From: Candidatus Prevotella equi
GTDB lineage: Bacteria > Bacteroidota > Bacteroidia > Bacteroidales > Bacteroidaceae
NCBI GenBank assembly: GCA_018065145.1
Contig: JAGHTW010000067.1
Coordinates: forward strand, 3,067 to 67,066
Direction of reading: 5' to 3'
DNA: 64,000 nucleotides
Part shown: one piece after another, positions 1-8,793 of the stretch
How the letters are laid out: each line of letters opens with the position of its first letter
Position numbering within the stretch: the stretch's first letter is position 1
The notes under the pieces: generated by a model
What the model was told of the DNA's origin: nothing
The model's input: only the letters and a program-made list of their open reading frames with translations
The model's database searches: none
Program-made: the position numbers and the translations under genes

Positions 1-1
1 G

Positions 2-661
2 GTGGATCTTCTCTTCCTGCGTGACGTACGTGTGAACCCTGACGGTACGCAGTTTGACCCTGACGGCAGACAGAAGTTTACTAAAGTGAGGGGCGGAGGT
101 CAGACCTTCCTTTGGAGTATGCCGTGGCAGGTAAGCGGATTCTTTATCTGCACGACGGACTTGCAGCGTCGTTATCCATGGGATAATTCCTGCCGTAACT
201 TCGGTGACGAGAATACAGGGCGCAATCTGTTGCTGCATGCAAACTGCATAATGCAGTCAAAAGCGATATACTATTATCGCATATTGGATGATTCCGTTAG
301 CCATAAGTTGAACATGGGACAGTTTACAAGGTTGGAGGCACAGCATTCACTTGCCGTACAACTGAAAGACGAAGGCATTGACACACAACTGCTTGCCGCG
401 TACGAGAAGTTCCGTTGGCTCAACATAATACACGGATATTGGTATTACTACGAAAATCGCAGATTGCTTTCTGAAAAACAAAAAGGCGAAGCCCTGCGGA
501 TAATACGCAATATGCGTAGCACCATAGACTTCGCCATTATTCCATGTTCCCTTAAGTTTAAGTTCGGTTATTCTCCTATTATGTCTTCATGGAGACTGTT
601 CCGACTGGAGGAAAATCTCTATTTCTTCTTCAAGGCTTTACTACGACCTGTACAAGTCTGA
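2..661 (+). CDS. hypothetical protein, C-terminal fragment (5' end outside window)
   Basis: The frame is open from the window edge to TGA at 659-661. I see no nameable motif. The 3' end overlaps the convergent ATP-grasp gene by 32 nt. Confidence 0.4.
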   Translation: MDLLFLRDVRVNPDGTQFDPDGRQKFTKVRGGGQTFLWSMPWQVSGFFICTTDLQRRYPWDNSCRNFGDENTGRNLLLHANCIMQSKAIYYYRILDDSVSHKLNMGQFTRLEAQHSLAVQLKDEGIDTQLLAAYEKFRWLNIIHGYWYYYENRRLLSEKQKGEALRIIRNMRSTIDFAIIPCSLKFKFGYSPIMSSWRLFRLEENLYFFFKALLRPVQV

Positions 662-1811
662 GTATGTTATTTCGGAAATCATCCAACGCTTCACGGGTGT
701 CGAAGCGTGCTATCAGCAGTCCTATTGAGCAGTTTGTTCCTGAATAAGGATGGACGGGTTCGCCAACTTCTACAAACGGAACATACGAAACAAGGTTTTT
801 CTTCTTAAAGTCGTCATCAATAGTCAGTCCGCCGAAGTTGCCTTCCTTGTCAGTATGCACGACATAACTGCACCAGAACCCCTGGCACGGCTCATTTGTA
901 ATATCCTCACACCTGTCGCCAATGGCAGCCCTTATCGTTGCTTCCATTATATCCTTTCCTGTTGCCATGCTTGTCACGTCGGTAATAGCATTGCCGCCGT
1001 TGCGTGGTGCCACCTCCATAAGATACACATTACCCTCCTTGTCTATCCTCGCTTCTACATTGAAGGCATGGGTACGCATGTTGAGAAGACTTAGAAGACG
1101 CTGTAACTCTGCATCAAGCTTCTTCAACAACGCAGCCGGCTTGGCAGAAGGATAGCAGTATATTACGGGTGTTATAGGATTAGGCATTGCAGGATCAGGA
1201 TAGCAGTCGCTCCATACGTGTGTGGTTATCTTTCCATCAACGACAAATCCGTCGCCTTCGATGTCCGCATGCCATGACTCTATGAACTGCTCTATTATTA
1301 TCTCTCCATGCAGAGAACTTTCCATGGCGTAATCAATAGCCTTCTGCAAATCCTCCTTCCTTTCTACCTTTGTGAATCCACGGCTGCCCCAAAGGTCCGT
1401 AGGCTTTACTACCACTGGATATTCTATCTCATCATCCTTGGAATACACTCTTGGAACCTTGAAGCCATTGTTCTTCAAGAACTCACGAAACAGTTTTTTA
1501 TTTGACAGCGTATGCACAGACAGATACGGGCTTGTTGGCTTGCCCAGTGACTCCTGTGCGTACGCTGTTGTTTGTATTCCTGCTTCCAGAATATAGTTTA
1601 CCACGGCATCAACCTCCAGTTCTTTTGCCAACTTCAGCACAGCCTCATTGTCCATAATGCTTACGTTATGGTATTCATCAGCCAGTTGATGTCCGGGGTT
1701 ATCAGGCCTGTTGTCACACGTTATGACATACAACCCCATCTCTTTTGCCTTCTTTATGGCCGGTATCTGAATGGCAGTGCCACCAAGCAAGAGTATCTTT
1801 TTCTGTTTCAT
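630..1811 (-). CDS. ATP-grasp domain enzyme (polysaccharide-locus type)
   Basis: 393 aa. It has an N-terminal 'KILLLGGTAIQIPAIKKAKEMG' Rossmann-like pre-ATP-grasp segment. 'VVVKPTDLWGSRG' and 'YLMEVAPRNGG' are typical of ATP-grasp ligases. Confidence 0.7.
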   Translation of the reverse strand: MKQKKILLLGGTAIQIPAIKKAKEMGLYVITCDNRPDNPGHQLADEYHNVSIMDNEAVLKLAKELEVDAVVNYILEAGIQTTAYAQESLGKPTSPYLSVHTLSNKKLFREFLKNNGFKVPRVYSKDDEIEYPVVVKPTDLWGSRGFTKVERKEDLQKAIDYAMESSLHGEIIIEQFIESWHADIEGDGFVVDGKITTHVWSDCYPDPAMPNPITPVIYCYPSAKPAALLKKLDAELQRLLSLLNMRTHAFNVEARIDKEGNVYLMEVAPRNGGNAITDVTSMATGKDIMEATIRAAIGDRCEDITNEPCQGFWCSYVVHTDKEGNFGGLTIDDDFKKKNLVSYVPFVEVGEPVHPYSGTNCSIGLLIARFDTREALDDFRNNILRLVQVVVKP

Positions 1812-1819
1812 TACTTTGT

Positions 1820-2845
1820 TTAGATAGTATCAATAACGATGTCGGTTAATGGCTTCTCACCAATGAGAGACGCCATGTATGGCATACCGCTTAATCTCAT
1901 TTCTTTAGTAGCCAGTCGGTATATGTGACTGGCTTTAGACATCATGTATAAATCGAGGAATACTTTCATGTTGGCATCGTCATCGGAGCCCTTTGCATAG
2001 TCAATGTGGATAATATCTCCTTCTATGGCGTATGCGTAAGACAGTTTTTTCAGAACCTCTTTCCTGAATTTCTTGCTGTCGGTACAAATCAGCAATGGCA
2101 TATCATGATTATACGCGCTATGGATGCTGTCAATTTCAGCTATCAGTTTATTGATCAGTCTTTTCTGCTCATCATCTGACCATACTGTTGATATATTATC
2201 CTTGAAATCTCCTAACTGTCCTACAAATCGGCATTGTACTGTTATATAGTTCTTCCCGATAAGTGCCAATTCCTTTTCTATTGCCGCTTTTAACTTTTCT
2301 GATGGCTTAAATAGCTTGTTGTAGTACTTCACGAACACCCCTTCTTCATAAGCCAGGCGACTATTTGAATATAGGTGAATTTGTTTGCATTTTATAGTTT
2401 TGATATCATGACAGATGATATTGCGTATTCTTCTCTCTTGCCACATGGATTCCTCTGATATCTCTGCTGATAATATATGTGCTTCAGGCTTAGTCCAACA
2501 GATATCTTCATCCTTTATAGTCCAGTCAACTTCGTTAGGTTCCAGGAATTCCTCTAAGCGGAAAGGCGTCTTCCAATAAATCTTGAGTGGAATGTTGTGT
2601 TGAAGACAAATATGATATGCAGACACAATACCTCTGATTCTGTCCACCAGTCCTCCTGTTTCGTAGTGCTTGTCGTGTATGGATATGACCTCCTGACAGT
2701 AAGAATCACATGGTTCATTGCTGCAAGCGTAGGCAGGATAAAGCTCTTCAAGGTGCCCTTTGTTGAGTAACTTGAACTCGTGCCATTTGAACCAATGGAA
2801 CTTCCTCAGATATTTTAACAAAGTATATTTTGCCTCTGTGATCAT
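1820..2845 (-). CDS. putative glycosyltransferase (fucosyltransferase-superfamily-like motifs)
   Basis: 341 aa and soluble. 'VQCRFVGQLGDF' resembles the HxRRGD(Y/F) motif of GT11-type enzymes, and 'DLYMMSKASHIY' resembles their D-x-x-LMS-x-C-x-H motif. It is packed between the ATP-grasp and flippase genes. Confidence 0.4.
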   Translation of the reverse strand: MITEAKYTLLKYLRKFHWFKWHEFKLLNKGHLEELYPAYACSNEPCDSYCQEVISIHDKHYETGGLVDRIRGIVSAYHICLQHNIPLKIYWKTPFRLEEFLEPNEVDWTIKDEDICWTKPEAHILSAEISEESMWQERRIRNIICHDIKTIKCKQIHLYSNSRLAYEEGVFVKYYNKLFKPSEKLKAAIEKELALIGKNYITVQCRFVGQLGDFKDNISTVWSDDEQKRLINKLIAEIDSIHSAYNHDMPLLICTDSKKFRKEVLKKLSYAYAIEGDIIHIDYAKGSDDDANMKVFLDLYMMSKASHIYRLATKEMRLSGMPYMASLIGEKPLTDIVIDTI

Positions 2846-2846
2846 A

Positions 2847-4307
2847 TTATGCTTTGTGCTTGAAGAATTTCCATGAAATGATAGAACTTAGACATAACAT
2901 AACCGTTCCGGAAGTCCAGTAAGCCCAACCTGTAAGGTACTCTGTCAGTATGTATGTCAGTATCAGTAGTGAGACATGCAGGATTATCATGTTGACATGC
3001 AGTCTTGATATCCTTAGCTTATAGTAGTGGAATGCTATTGCAAGTATGACAATAGTGTCAACGAATGTACTGATAACTTTACCCATACCAGCTCCAACGA
3101 GTTCGCTATGTGAGTAGCCAACGATGATTAATGACATCGTAATGGTGCTGATGGTTTCTACCAAGAGGAACAGTTTCGTGTCGCCGGCAGCAAGTGGCAG
3201 GACTGCAGCAGGTATGTAGATGGCACTGAACAGAACGCCGAATATAGTAATTCTTGTCATTGGAATGACGCCAATGAAATCATTGCTGAGCAACATCGGT
3301 ATGAGCAATGGCAGGGCTACGAGCAATGCTATTGTCATAGGACCTACAAGCATCAGCAGGACTTCCATCTGCTGGCATACGGTGGTGTTGCGTTTCTGCG
3401 GATTATCTATTATGCCGGATAACCTTGGGTAGAAATCTGCGCTTATGGCTCTGAAAAACAATGAAGCATAAGTGCCGGTAATAGTGTAGCCGGCCCTGTA
3501 TAATCCGACCATTACCTCGTTTGCTTCCTTGTTTATGTAGGAGTTGATGAAAAGTTCCATGCCATGGTTCATAATGCCTGTAATCACAAAGCATCCTCCC
3601 AGCTTGAGCATAGGAAGTCCAAGATTCAGGTCTTGCCATTTCCATGTAATGACAGGCTTGTGGCTGTTATAGGAATAAGCAGCCGTAAGGATTGTTGTTG
3701 AAAGAGTGAACAGAAGTATTGCAGGTATTACGCCACTGATACCATAAAAGTAATAGATTGGTATGGCTACAATAAGTGCCATGAGTACGTGTAGCGTAGA
3801 TAACAAGGCAATAACCTTCAGCTTACGCAGAGCTTTCAGTACCACCATCTCTCCGCATGTTATGGTGCTGAATGCCACGCTTGGTGACAGAAGTATATAT
3901 CCCAATGTATGTTCCTTGTCGTCAAAGGTAAGCATAGATAGGGGCTCTGCTAACAAGATTGTGATGAACATGCCGAACAGTGCGAGCATAATTTCCCATG
4001 AGCGCAGAAGTGTGATGTACTTCTTAAGCTCTTCCTTGCACTGTAAGATTTCTGCTTCGTCTGAAGCATTCTGCAGGTTCTCGAAAGCTTTGGAGATATC
4101 GCGTACACCGCTTTGATCCATACCGACGTTTGTTGTCTCATGTATCAGTTCGCGTGTCTCGTTGTATATGGAATTTAGTCCTACGCCGGCAGGGCCCAAC
4201 AGCATGGCAACAAACTTTGTTCGCACAAGGTTTATGATAATGTTTAGTCCCTGTACGCCGCCGAAGAGTGTCGTTGCTTTAAGAATATCTTTGTATGCTA
4301 TCTGCAT
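2847..4307 (-). CDS. wzx: polysaccharide flippase, Wzx / MOP superfamily
   Basis: 486 aa and polytopic, with about 12-14 hydrophobic helices. The N-terminus 'LFGGVQGLNIIINLVRTKFVAMLLGPAGVGL' is typical of O-antigen/capsule translocases. Confidence 0.75.
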   Translation of the reverse strand: MQIAYKDILKATTLFGGVQGLNIIINLVRTKFVAMLLGPAGVGLNSIYNETRELIHETTNVGMDQSGVRDISKAFENLQNASDEAEILQCKEELKKYITLLRSWEIMLALFGMFITILLAEPLSMLTFDDKEHTLGYILLSPSVAFSTITCGEMVVLKALRKLKVIALLSTLHVLMALIVAIPIYYFYGISGVIPAILLFTLSTTILTAAYSYNSHKPVITWKWQDLNLGLPMLKLGGCFVITGIMNHGMELFINSYINKEANEVMVGLYRAGYTITGTYASLFFRAISADFYPRLSGIIDNPQKRNTTVCQQMEVLLMLVGPMTIALLVALPLLIPMLLSNDFIGVIPMTRITIFGVLFSAIYIPAAVLPLAAGDTKLFLLVETISTITMSLIIVGYSHSELVGAGMGKVISTFVDTIVILAIAFHYYKLRISRLHVNMIILHVSLLILTYILTEYLTGWAYWTSGTVMLCLSSIISWKFFKHKA

Positions 4308-4338
4308 TTAGGTTGCTCTTGTAATAGATAAATCAATG

Positions 4339-4346
4339 CAAAGTTA
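4339..4346 (-). promoter_or_regulatory. -7 promoter box (TAACTTTG) upstream of the flippase gene
   Basis: caaagtta on the plus strand is TAACTTTG on the minus strand, 32 nt upstream of the wzx ATG. Confidence 0.45.
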
Positions 4347-4401
4347 CACAAAAAATGATAGTTATCCAAATATTGGATAGCCTTTTTTTAGTTCTGGCAT
4401 A

Positions 4402-4488
4402 ACAATCGTGGCACGATTACATTAAATTTATGCAAAAATTTGTCGTAATCGTGCCACGATAACAATGCAATCATGCAACGATTACATT
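4402..4488. repeat. GTAATCGTGCC-family repeats, three copies at 43/22-bp spacing, including a perfect 16-bp inverted repeat
   Basis: atcgtggcacgattac (4405-4420) has its exact reverse complement at 4445-4460. A degenerate third copy lies at 4467-4488. Confidence 0.85.
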
Positions 4489-4530
4489 GCGTTTGTAATG
4501 TGATGGTAAAACAAGTGTGTAAAGACTGTT

Positions 4531-5145
4531 TTACTGCATGTTAATCATTTGGAAGAATTCGTTGCGCAACTGGCGGTTCTTCTTGAAACAGCCGGTGAAG
4601 TAAGACACTGTCATGTCGCCTTTGTTCTTTACGCCGCGCATGGTCTTGCACATGTGCTTGCCCTTCATGACGATGGCAAAACCCTCTGCTTTATCGTCAA
4701 GAGCTGCTGACAGCATGTCGATAATCTCGCGTGCCAAACGCTCTTGAAGTTGCAGGCGTGCAGCGCAGTAGCCTACTACGCGTGCTATCTTCGAGATACC
4801 GAGGATGCGTCCCTCGGCACTTGGGATATAGGCGAAGTAGTACTTGCCGAAGAAAGGCAGTATATGATGCTCGCACATGGAGTAATACTCGCCGCAGTCG
4901 AATACCATCTCGGTGCTGTGGGCAGAGTTTTTGAATGTTGTGATGCGTGGTTTCTTTGTTGCGTCGTAACCACGGAATATCTCCTGCCACATACGTATGA
5001 TGCGGTCAGGCGTGTTCTGCAAACCTTCGCGGTCAGGGTCTTCGCCGATAGCAAGCATCATGGTGCGTATGGCGTTGAGAATCTCCTGTTCAGAAGGCTT
5101 TACTGTACATTTATTATCTTGTGTGTTTGGAGTGATAGATTCCAT
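4531..5145 (-). CDS. folE: GTP cyclohydrolase I
   Basis: 204 aa with 'GEDPDREGLQNTPDRI' and 'SMCEHHILPFFGK' FolE signatures. The start overlaps the queE 3' end by 46 nt, and no alternative ATG lies upstream of the conserved helix. Confidence 0.9.
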   Translation of the reverse strand: MESITPNTQDNKCTVKPSEQEILNAIRTMMLAIGEDPDREGLQNTPDRIIRMWQEIFRGYDATKKPRITTFKNSAHSTEMVFDCGEYYSMCEHHILPFFGKYYFAYIPSAEGRILGISKIARVVGYCAARLQLQERLAREIIDMLSAALDDKAEGFAIVMKGKHMCKTMRGVKNKGDMTVSYFTGCFKKNRQLRNEFFQMINMQ

Positions 5146-5666
5146 TTGGGATGTTCTAATATGTAGTTGATAGTTTGCTGTAAGTTCTCTGCGTTCTCTT
5201 TCTCGTTGCCGGAGTCAAGCGGTTGCAGGCGGTATTCCTTCGCTTGTATGCCATCGTACTGGCTCATGTCCTGATTCATGAAGAGAACCTTTAGCTCATC
5301 AATGCGTTGGATGGCTATTGGGGCATCTTTTGGCGAACATGTTATCCAATCCAGGCTTACACCGTCCTGCAATGGCAGGGAACCGTTCGTCTCTATCTGT
5401 ATGAAGAAACCCTCGTTGTGCAGCAGTGCTGTTAGTTTTGCATTGAGCTGCATGGTCGGTTCGCCACCTGTTATGACGATATGCCGTGCAGGGAAACGTG
5501 AGACGTGACTTGCAATCTCCTCTTCCGTCATCTCGGTGAACGAGGTGTGCTGCGTATCGCAGAACGGACACTTCATGTTACAGCCGCTCAGTCGCAGGAA
5601 GACTGCCGGCGTGCCGGTGTAGTGTCCTTCGCCTTGCAGGGAATAAAATATCTCGTTGACTCTCAT
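5100..5666 (-). CDS. queE: 7-carboxy-7-deazaguanine synthase (radical SAM)
   Basis: 188 aa. 'EIFYSLQGEG' plus the 'SGCNMKCPFCDT' Cx3Cx2C-type cluster motif. It lies between queD and folE. Confidence 0.85.
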   Translation of the reverse strand: MRVNEIFYSLQGEGHYTGTPAVFLRLSGCNMKCPFCDTQHTSFTEMTEEEIASHVSRFPARHIVITGGEPTMQLNAKLTALLHNEGFFIQIETNGSLPLQDGVSLDWITCSPKDAPIAIQRIDELKVLFMNQDMSQYDGIQAKEYRLQPLDSGNEKENAENLQQTINYILEHPKWNLSLQTHKIINVQ

Positions 5667-5668
5667 GG

Positions 5669-5998
5669 CTATTCCTCGTAGATGGCAATGTTACCCTCGC
5701 TCTCCTGTACTTCTACGCGATAGCACTGCGGAATCTGGTCGCAGACCCACTTGGCGATGTTCTCTGCCGTAGGATTGAAGGGAAGAAGTTCGTTGAAATT
5801 ACCGTGGTCAAGGTATCCGTGTATCTGTTGCTTCACACGTGTGAAGTCTATTACCATGCCATCCTCATTGAGTTCCTGGGCTTTACAATGAATGGTCACT
5901 ACCCAGTTGTGACCGTGCAAATTCTCACATTTGCTTTCGTAGGATAGTTTCAGCTGATGACAGCCGGCTATCTCCATAGTTTTTGAAATGTAATACAT
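5669..5998 (-). CDS. queD: 6-carboxy-5,6,7,8-tetrahydropterin synthase
   Basis: 109 aa. A small PTPS-fold protein with 'CENLHGHNW' and the 'LDHGNFNE' His/Asp motifs. It is the first gene of the queD-queE-folE operon. Confidence 0.85.
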   Translation of the reverse strand: MYYISKTMEIAGCHQLKLSYESKCENLHGHNWVVTIHCKAQELNEDGMVIDFTRVKQQIHGYLDHGNFNELLPFNPTAENIAKWVCDQIPQCYRVEVQESEGNIAIYEE

Positions 5999-6002
5999 AC
6001 TT

Positions 6003-6034
6003 AAAGTTTTTTGGTCAGGGTTGCTTCTACCTGA
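6003..6034 (-). promoter_or_regulatory. candidate preQ1-I-type riboswitch aptamer in the queD-queE-folE leader
   Basis: The RNA reads UCAGG-UAGAAGCAAC-CCUGA-CCAAAAAACUUUAAGU-AUG. It has a 5-bp P1, a 10-nt loop that starts with U and ends with C, and an A6 tail. CUU can then pair with loop AAG (P2). The start codon lies 4 nt after that element. Confidence 0.45.
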
Positions 6035-6077
6035 GTTAGATTGTAAATCGTACTTTGCGATTTTTTGTTTTCGGTTG

Positions 6078-6085
6078 CAAAATTA
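6078..6085 (-). promoter_or_regulatory. -7 promoter box (TAATTTTG) for queD operon
   Basis: The reverse complement of caaaatta matches the Bacteroides-type TAnnTTTG consensus, about 80 nt upstream of the queD ATG. Confidence 0.5.
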
Positions 6086-6148
6086 CTAAAAAACTATCAC
6101 ATACAACTAATTTTTCCTCCTTTTCTTTTCTATTATATAAAAAATGTG

Positions 6149-6156
6149 TAATTTTG
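6149..6156 (+). promoter_or_regulatory. -7 promoter box (TAATTTTG) for the DUF1599-membrane-tpiA operon
   Basis: Exact TAnnTTTG match 30 nt upstream of the ATG at 6186. Confidence 0.5.
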
Positions 6157-6185
6157 CAGTCAAATTAAGCAAAAAGAACGTAGTA

Positions 6186-6731
6186 ATGGCAAATACGAAC
6201 GAGGAATTCAAACAGGCAATGACACTTTGCCGTGATATATTTTCCAAGAAGCTTTATGATTATAAACCTTCATGGCGAATGCTCCGCCCATCATCCCTTA
6301 CCGATCAGTTATTCATTAAGGCAAAGCGCATCCGTACCCTTGAGGTGACGGGTGAGTCGCTTGTTGGTGAAGGCATACTGCCAGAGTTTATGGCACTCAT
6401 CAACTATGGCATCGTGGGACTGATACAGTTGGAGAAAGGTTACGCCGACAAGGTGGATATGACAAACGATGAGGCAATGGCGCTTTATGACGAGCATGCA
6501 CAGAAGTGTGTTGACCTCATGCTGAAGAAGAATCACGACTACGGCGAGGCATGGCGAGATATGCGGGTTAGTTCCTATACCGATATCATACTGACAAAGC
6601 TTGAGCGCATCAAGGAGATAGAGGATAAGAACGGACTTACCATCGTCAGTGAGGGTATTGACTCAAACTATATGGATATAATAAATTATTCTACATTTGC
6701 TGTCATAAAGCTTGCTGTGGAAGGAAAATGA
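6186..6731 (+). CDS. DUF1599 domain protein
   Basis: The track ORF starts at 6144, but a TAATTTTG -7 box at 6149-6156 overlaps that ATG. Met at 6186 (MANTNEEF) is therefore preferred. The product is an all-helical small protein, and its stop overlaps the next start (ATGA). Confidence 0.65.
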   Translation: MANTNEEFKQAMTLCRDIFSKKLYDYKPSWRMLRPSSLTDQLFIKAKRIRTLEVTGESLVGEGILPEFMALINYGIVGLIQLEKGYADKVDMTNDEAMALYDEHAQKCVDLMLKKNHDYGEAWRDMRVSSYTDIILTKLERIKEIEDKNGLTIVSEGIDSNYMDIINYSTFAVIKLAVEGK

Positions 6732-8029
6732 AAAGAGTTGTAGTCAACATACTCCGTATCATTGTCTCCCTGACGTTTATCTTTTCAGGTTTCGTCAAGG
6801 CGGTTGACCCTTTGGGCACACAGTATAAACTGCAAGACTATGCTGAGGCTTTGGCATTGCAGGAAATGATACCTGATTGGGCAACGCTCGTTGCATCAGT
6901 GTCATTGGCAGCAGTGGAGTTTGTGCTCGGAATATTACTCCTGTTCGCCATAAACAGGCGTTTGGTGACAAAGCTGATACTGGTCTTCATGACAGCAATG
7001 ACGTTCGTTACGCTATGGATATACATCGCCAACCCCGTCAGTGACTGTGGCTGTTTCGGTGACGCCGTAGTATTGACAAACGGACAGACGCTGCTGAAGA
7101 ATGTATTGCTGCTCGCTGCCGCTGCACTTTTGGCATTAAGACCGATGGTGATGCCGCGCTTCGTGAGTTTATCCAATCAGTGGATAGTGAGGCAATACAC
7201 CATTCTCTTCATCGTCGGGGTGTCGTTGTACAGCCTCTATTATCTACCGTTGTTTGACTTCAGACCTTATCACATCGGCGCAGATATACGAAAGGGGATG
7301 GAGATACCCGAAGGAGCAGAGATGCCGCAGTTTGAAACAACGTTCATAATGGAGAAGGATGGCGTGAGAAAAGAGTTCTCGCTTGAGGATTATCCTGACT
7401 CGACATGGACATTCATAGACTCCAAGACGGTAACGATAAAGGAGGGTTACGTACCACCGATACATGACTTCTCTATTCAGCGTGTGGAGGATGGTGAGGA
7501 TATTACGGACGAGGTGCTTGACAACGATGGTTACACCTTCCTGCTTATCTCTCCGCATCTGGAAACGGCAGATGATTCGCGCTTCGGCAACATAGAACAG
7601 CTGTATGAGGATGCCAAGGATAATGGATACGCATTCTATTGCCTCACGGCAAGTAACGAGGAGGGAATGCAACAGTGGTCTGAAAAGACAGGCGCGGAAT
7701 ATCCGTTCTGTAACACTGATGAGATAACGCTGAAGACCATAATACGAAGTAATCCCGGATTGGTGCTGCTGAAGAAAGGCGTCGTGATAGGAAAATGGAG
7801 TCATAATGAGGAATTCCCGGTATTGCAGAAGGGAAAGGCTCCGCAGATGACAGAGGCAACGTCCAATGTGTCATACCTGAAGAAACTCGGTGGAGTATTC
7901 ATTTACTACATACTGCCACTGCTGTTGCTGGTATTAGCTGACAGACTATGGGCATGGAGCCGATGGGTAAAGAAAGAAGAGACAAGACAGTCAAATAAAT
8001 TATTCAAATTATTAAAAATTAAAAAAACA
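6728..8029 (+). CDS. MauE/DoxX-like membrane protein with a soluble thioredoxin-fold-like domain (BT_3928-type); no in-frame stop before tpiA
   Basis: Four N-terminal TM helices carry the 'DCGCFGD' motif. These are followed by a fifth TM, a ~200-aa soluble domain, a sixth TM '[21 protein letters not shown]' and a basic linker. The frame then runs straight into the tpiA ATG at 8030. Confidence 0.7.
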
Positions 8030-8782
8030 ATGAGAAAGAAAATTGTAGCAGGTAACTGGAAGATGAACAAGAACCTGCAGGAGGGCGTAGCTCTTGCAAA
8101 GGAACTCACAGAGGTAGTAAAGAACCCTAACTGTGACGTTATCATCGGTACTCCATTCATTCACCTCGCTTCTGTAGCAGAGGTTATCAAGGGTAGCTGC
8201 ATCCAGCTCTCTGCTGAGAACTGTGCAGACAAGGCTTCAGGTGCTTACACTGGTGAGGTTTCTGCTGAAATGGTTAAGTCAACAGGTGCAGAATACGTTA
8301 TCCTCGGTCACTCTGAGCGTCGTGAGTACTACAACGAGACTCCAGAAATCCTCAAGGAGAAGGTAGAGCTCGCACTCGCTAACGGTCTTAAGGTTATCTT
8401 CTGTATCGGTGAGTCTCTTGAGCAGCGTGAGGCAAACAAGCAGAACGAGGTAGTAAAGGCTGAACTCGCTGGTTCTGTATTCCACCTCTCTGCTGAGCAG
8501 TGGAAGAACATCGTTATCGCATACGAGCCAATCTGGGCTATCGGTACAGGTAAGACTGCTACTGCTGATCAGGCAGAAGAGATTCACGCTTATATCCGTT
8601 CTTGCGTTGCTGAGGTTTACGGCGCACAGGTTGCTGACGATACAACAATCCTCTACGGTGGTTCTTGTAAGGCTTCTAACGCTCCTGAGCTCTTTGCAAA
8701 GGCTGACATCGACGGTGGACTTATCGGTGGCGCTTCACTGAAGGCTGCTGATTTCAAGGGTATCATCGACGCTTGGAACTAA
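8030..8782 (+). CDS. tpiA: triose-phosphate isomerase
   Basis: '[13 protein letters not shown]', 'ILGHSERR', '[12 protein letters not shown]' and 'ILYGGS' are TPI signatures. Codon usage is strongly biased (ATC/GGT/GCT/CTC). An A-rich tract precedes the ATG. Confidence 0.92.
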   Translation: MRKKIVAGNWKMNKNLQEGVALAKELTEVVKNPNCDVIIGTPFIHLASVAEVIKGSCIQLSAENCADKASGAYTGEVSAEMVKSTGAEYVILGHSERREYYNETPEILKEKVELALANGLKVIFCIGESLEQREANKQNEVVKAELAGSVFHLSAEQWKNIVIAYEPIWAIGTGKTATADQAEEIHAYIRSCVAEVYGAQVADDTTILYGGSCKASNAPELFAKADIDGGLIGGASLKAADFKGIIDAWN

Positions 8783-8793
8783 TCCAAATTGAT

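Noticed and set aside
630-661. 32-nt overlap of convergent genes, and the 46-nt queE/folE overlap at 5100-5145.
   Set aside because: Both are compatible with ordinary compact gene arrangement. No alternative starts or stops are available, and nothing suggests recoding.
4403-4462. Could the inverted repeat be the ends of an invertible promoter for the polysaccharide locus, of the Bacteroides fin/Mpi type?
   Set aside because: The repeats are only 24 nt apart, too short to hold a promoter. No recombinase gene is nearby, and the -7 box lies outside the repeats.
6144-6185. Upstream ATG for the DUF1599 gene.
   Set aside because: This ATG overlaps the TAATTTTG -7 promoter box at 6149-6156, so it would not be on the transcript. 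Met 6186 was used instead.
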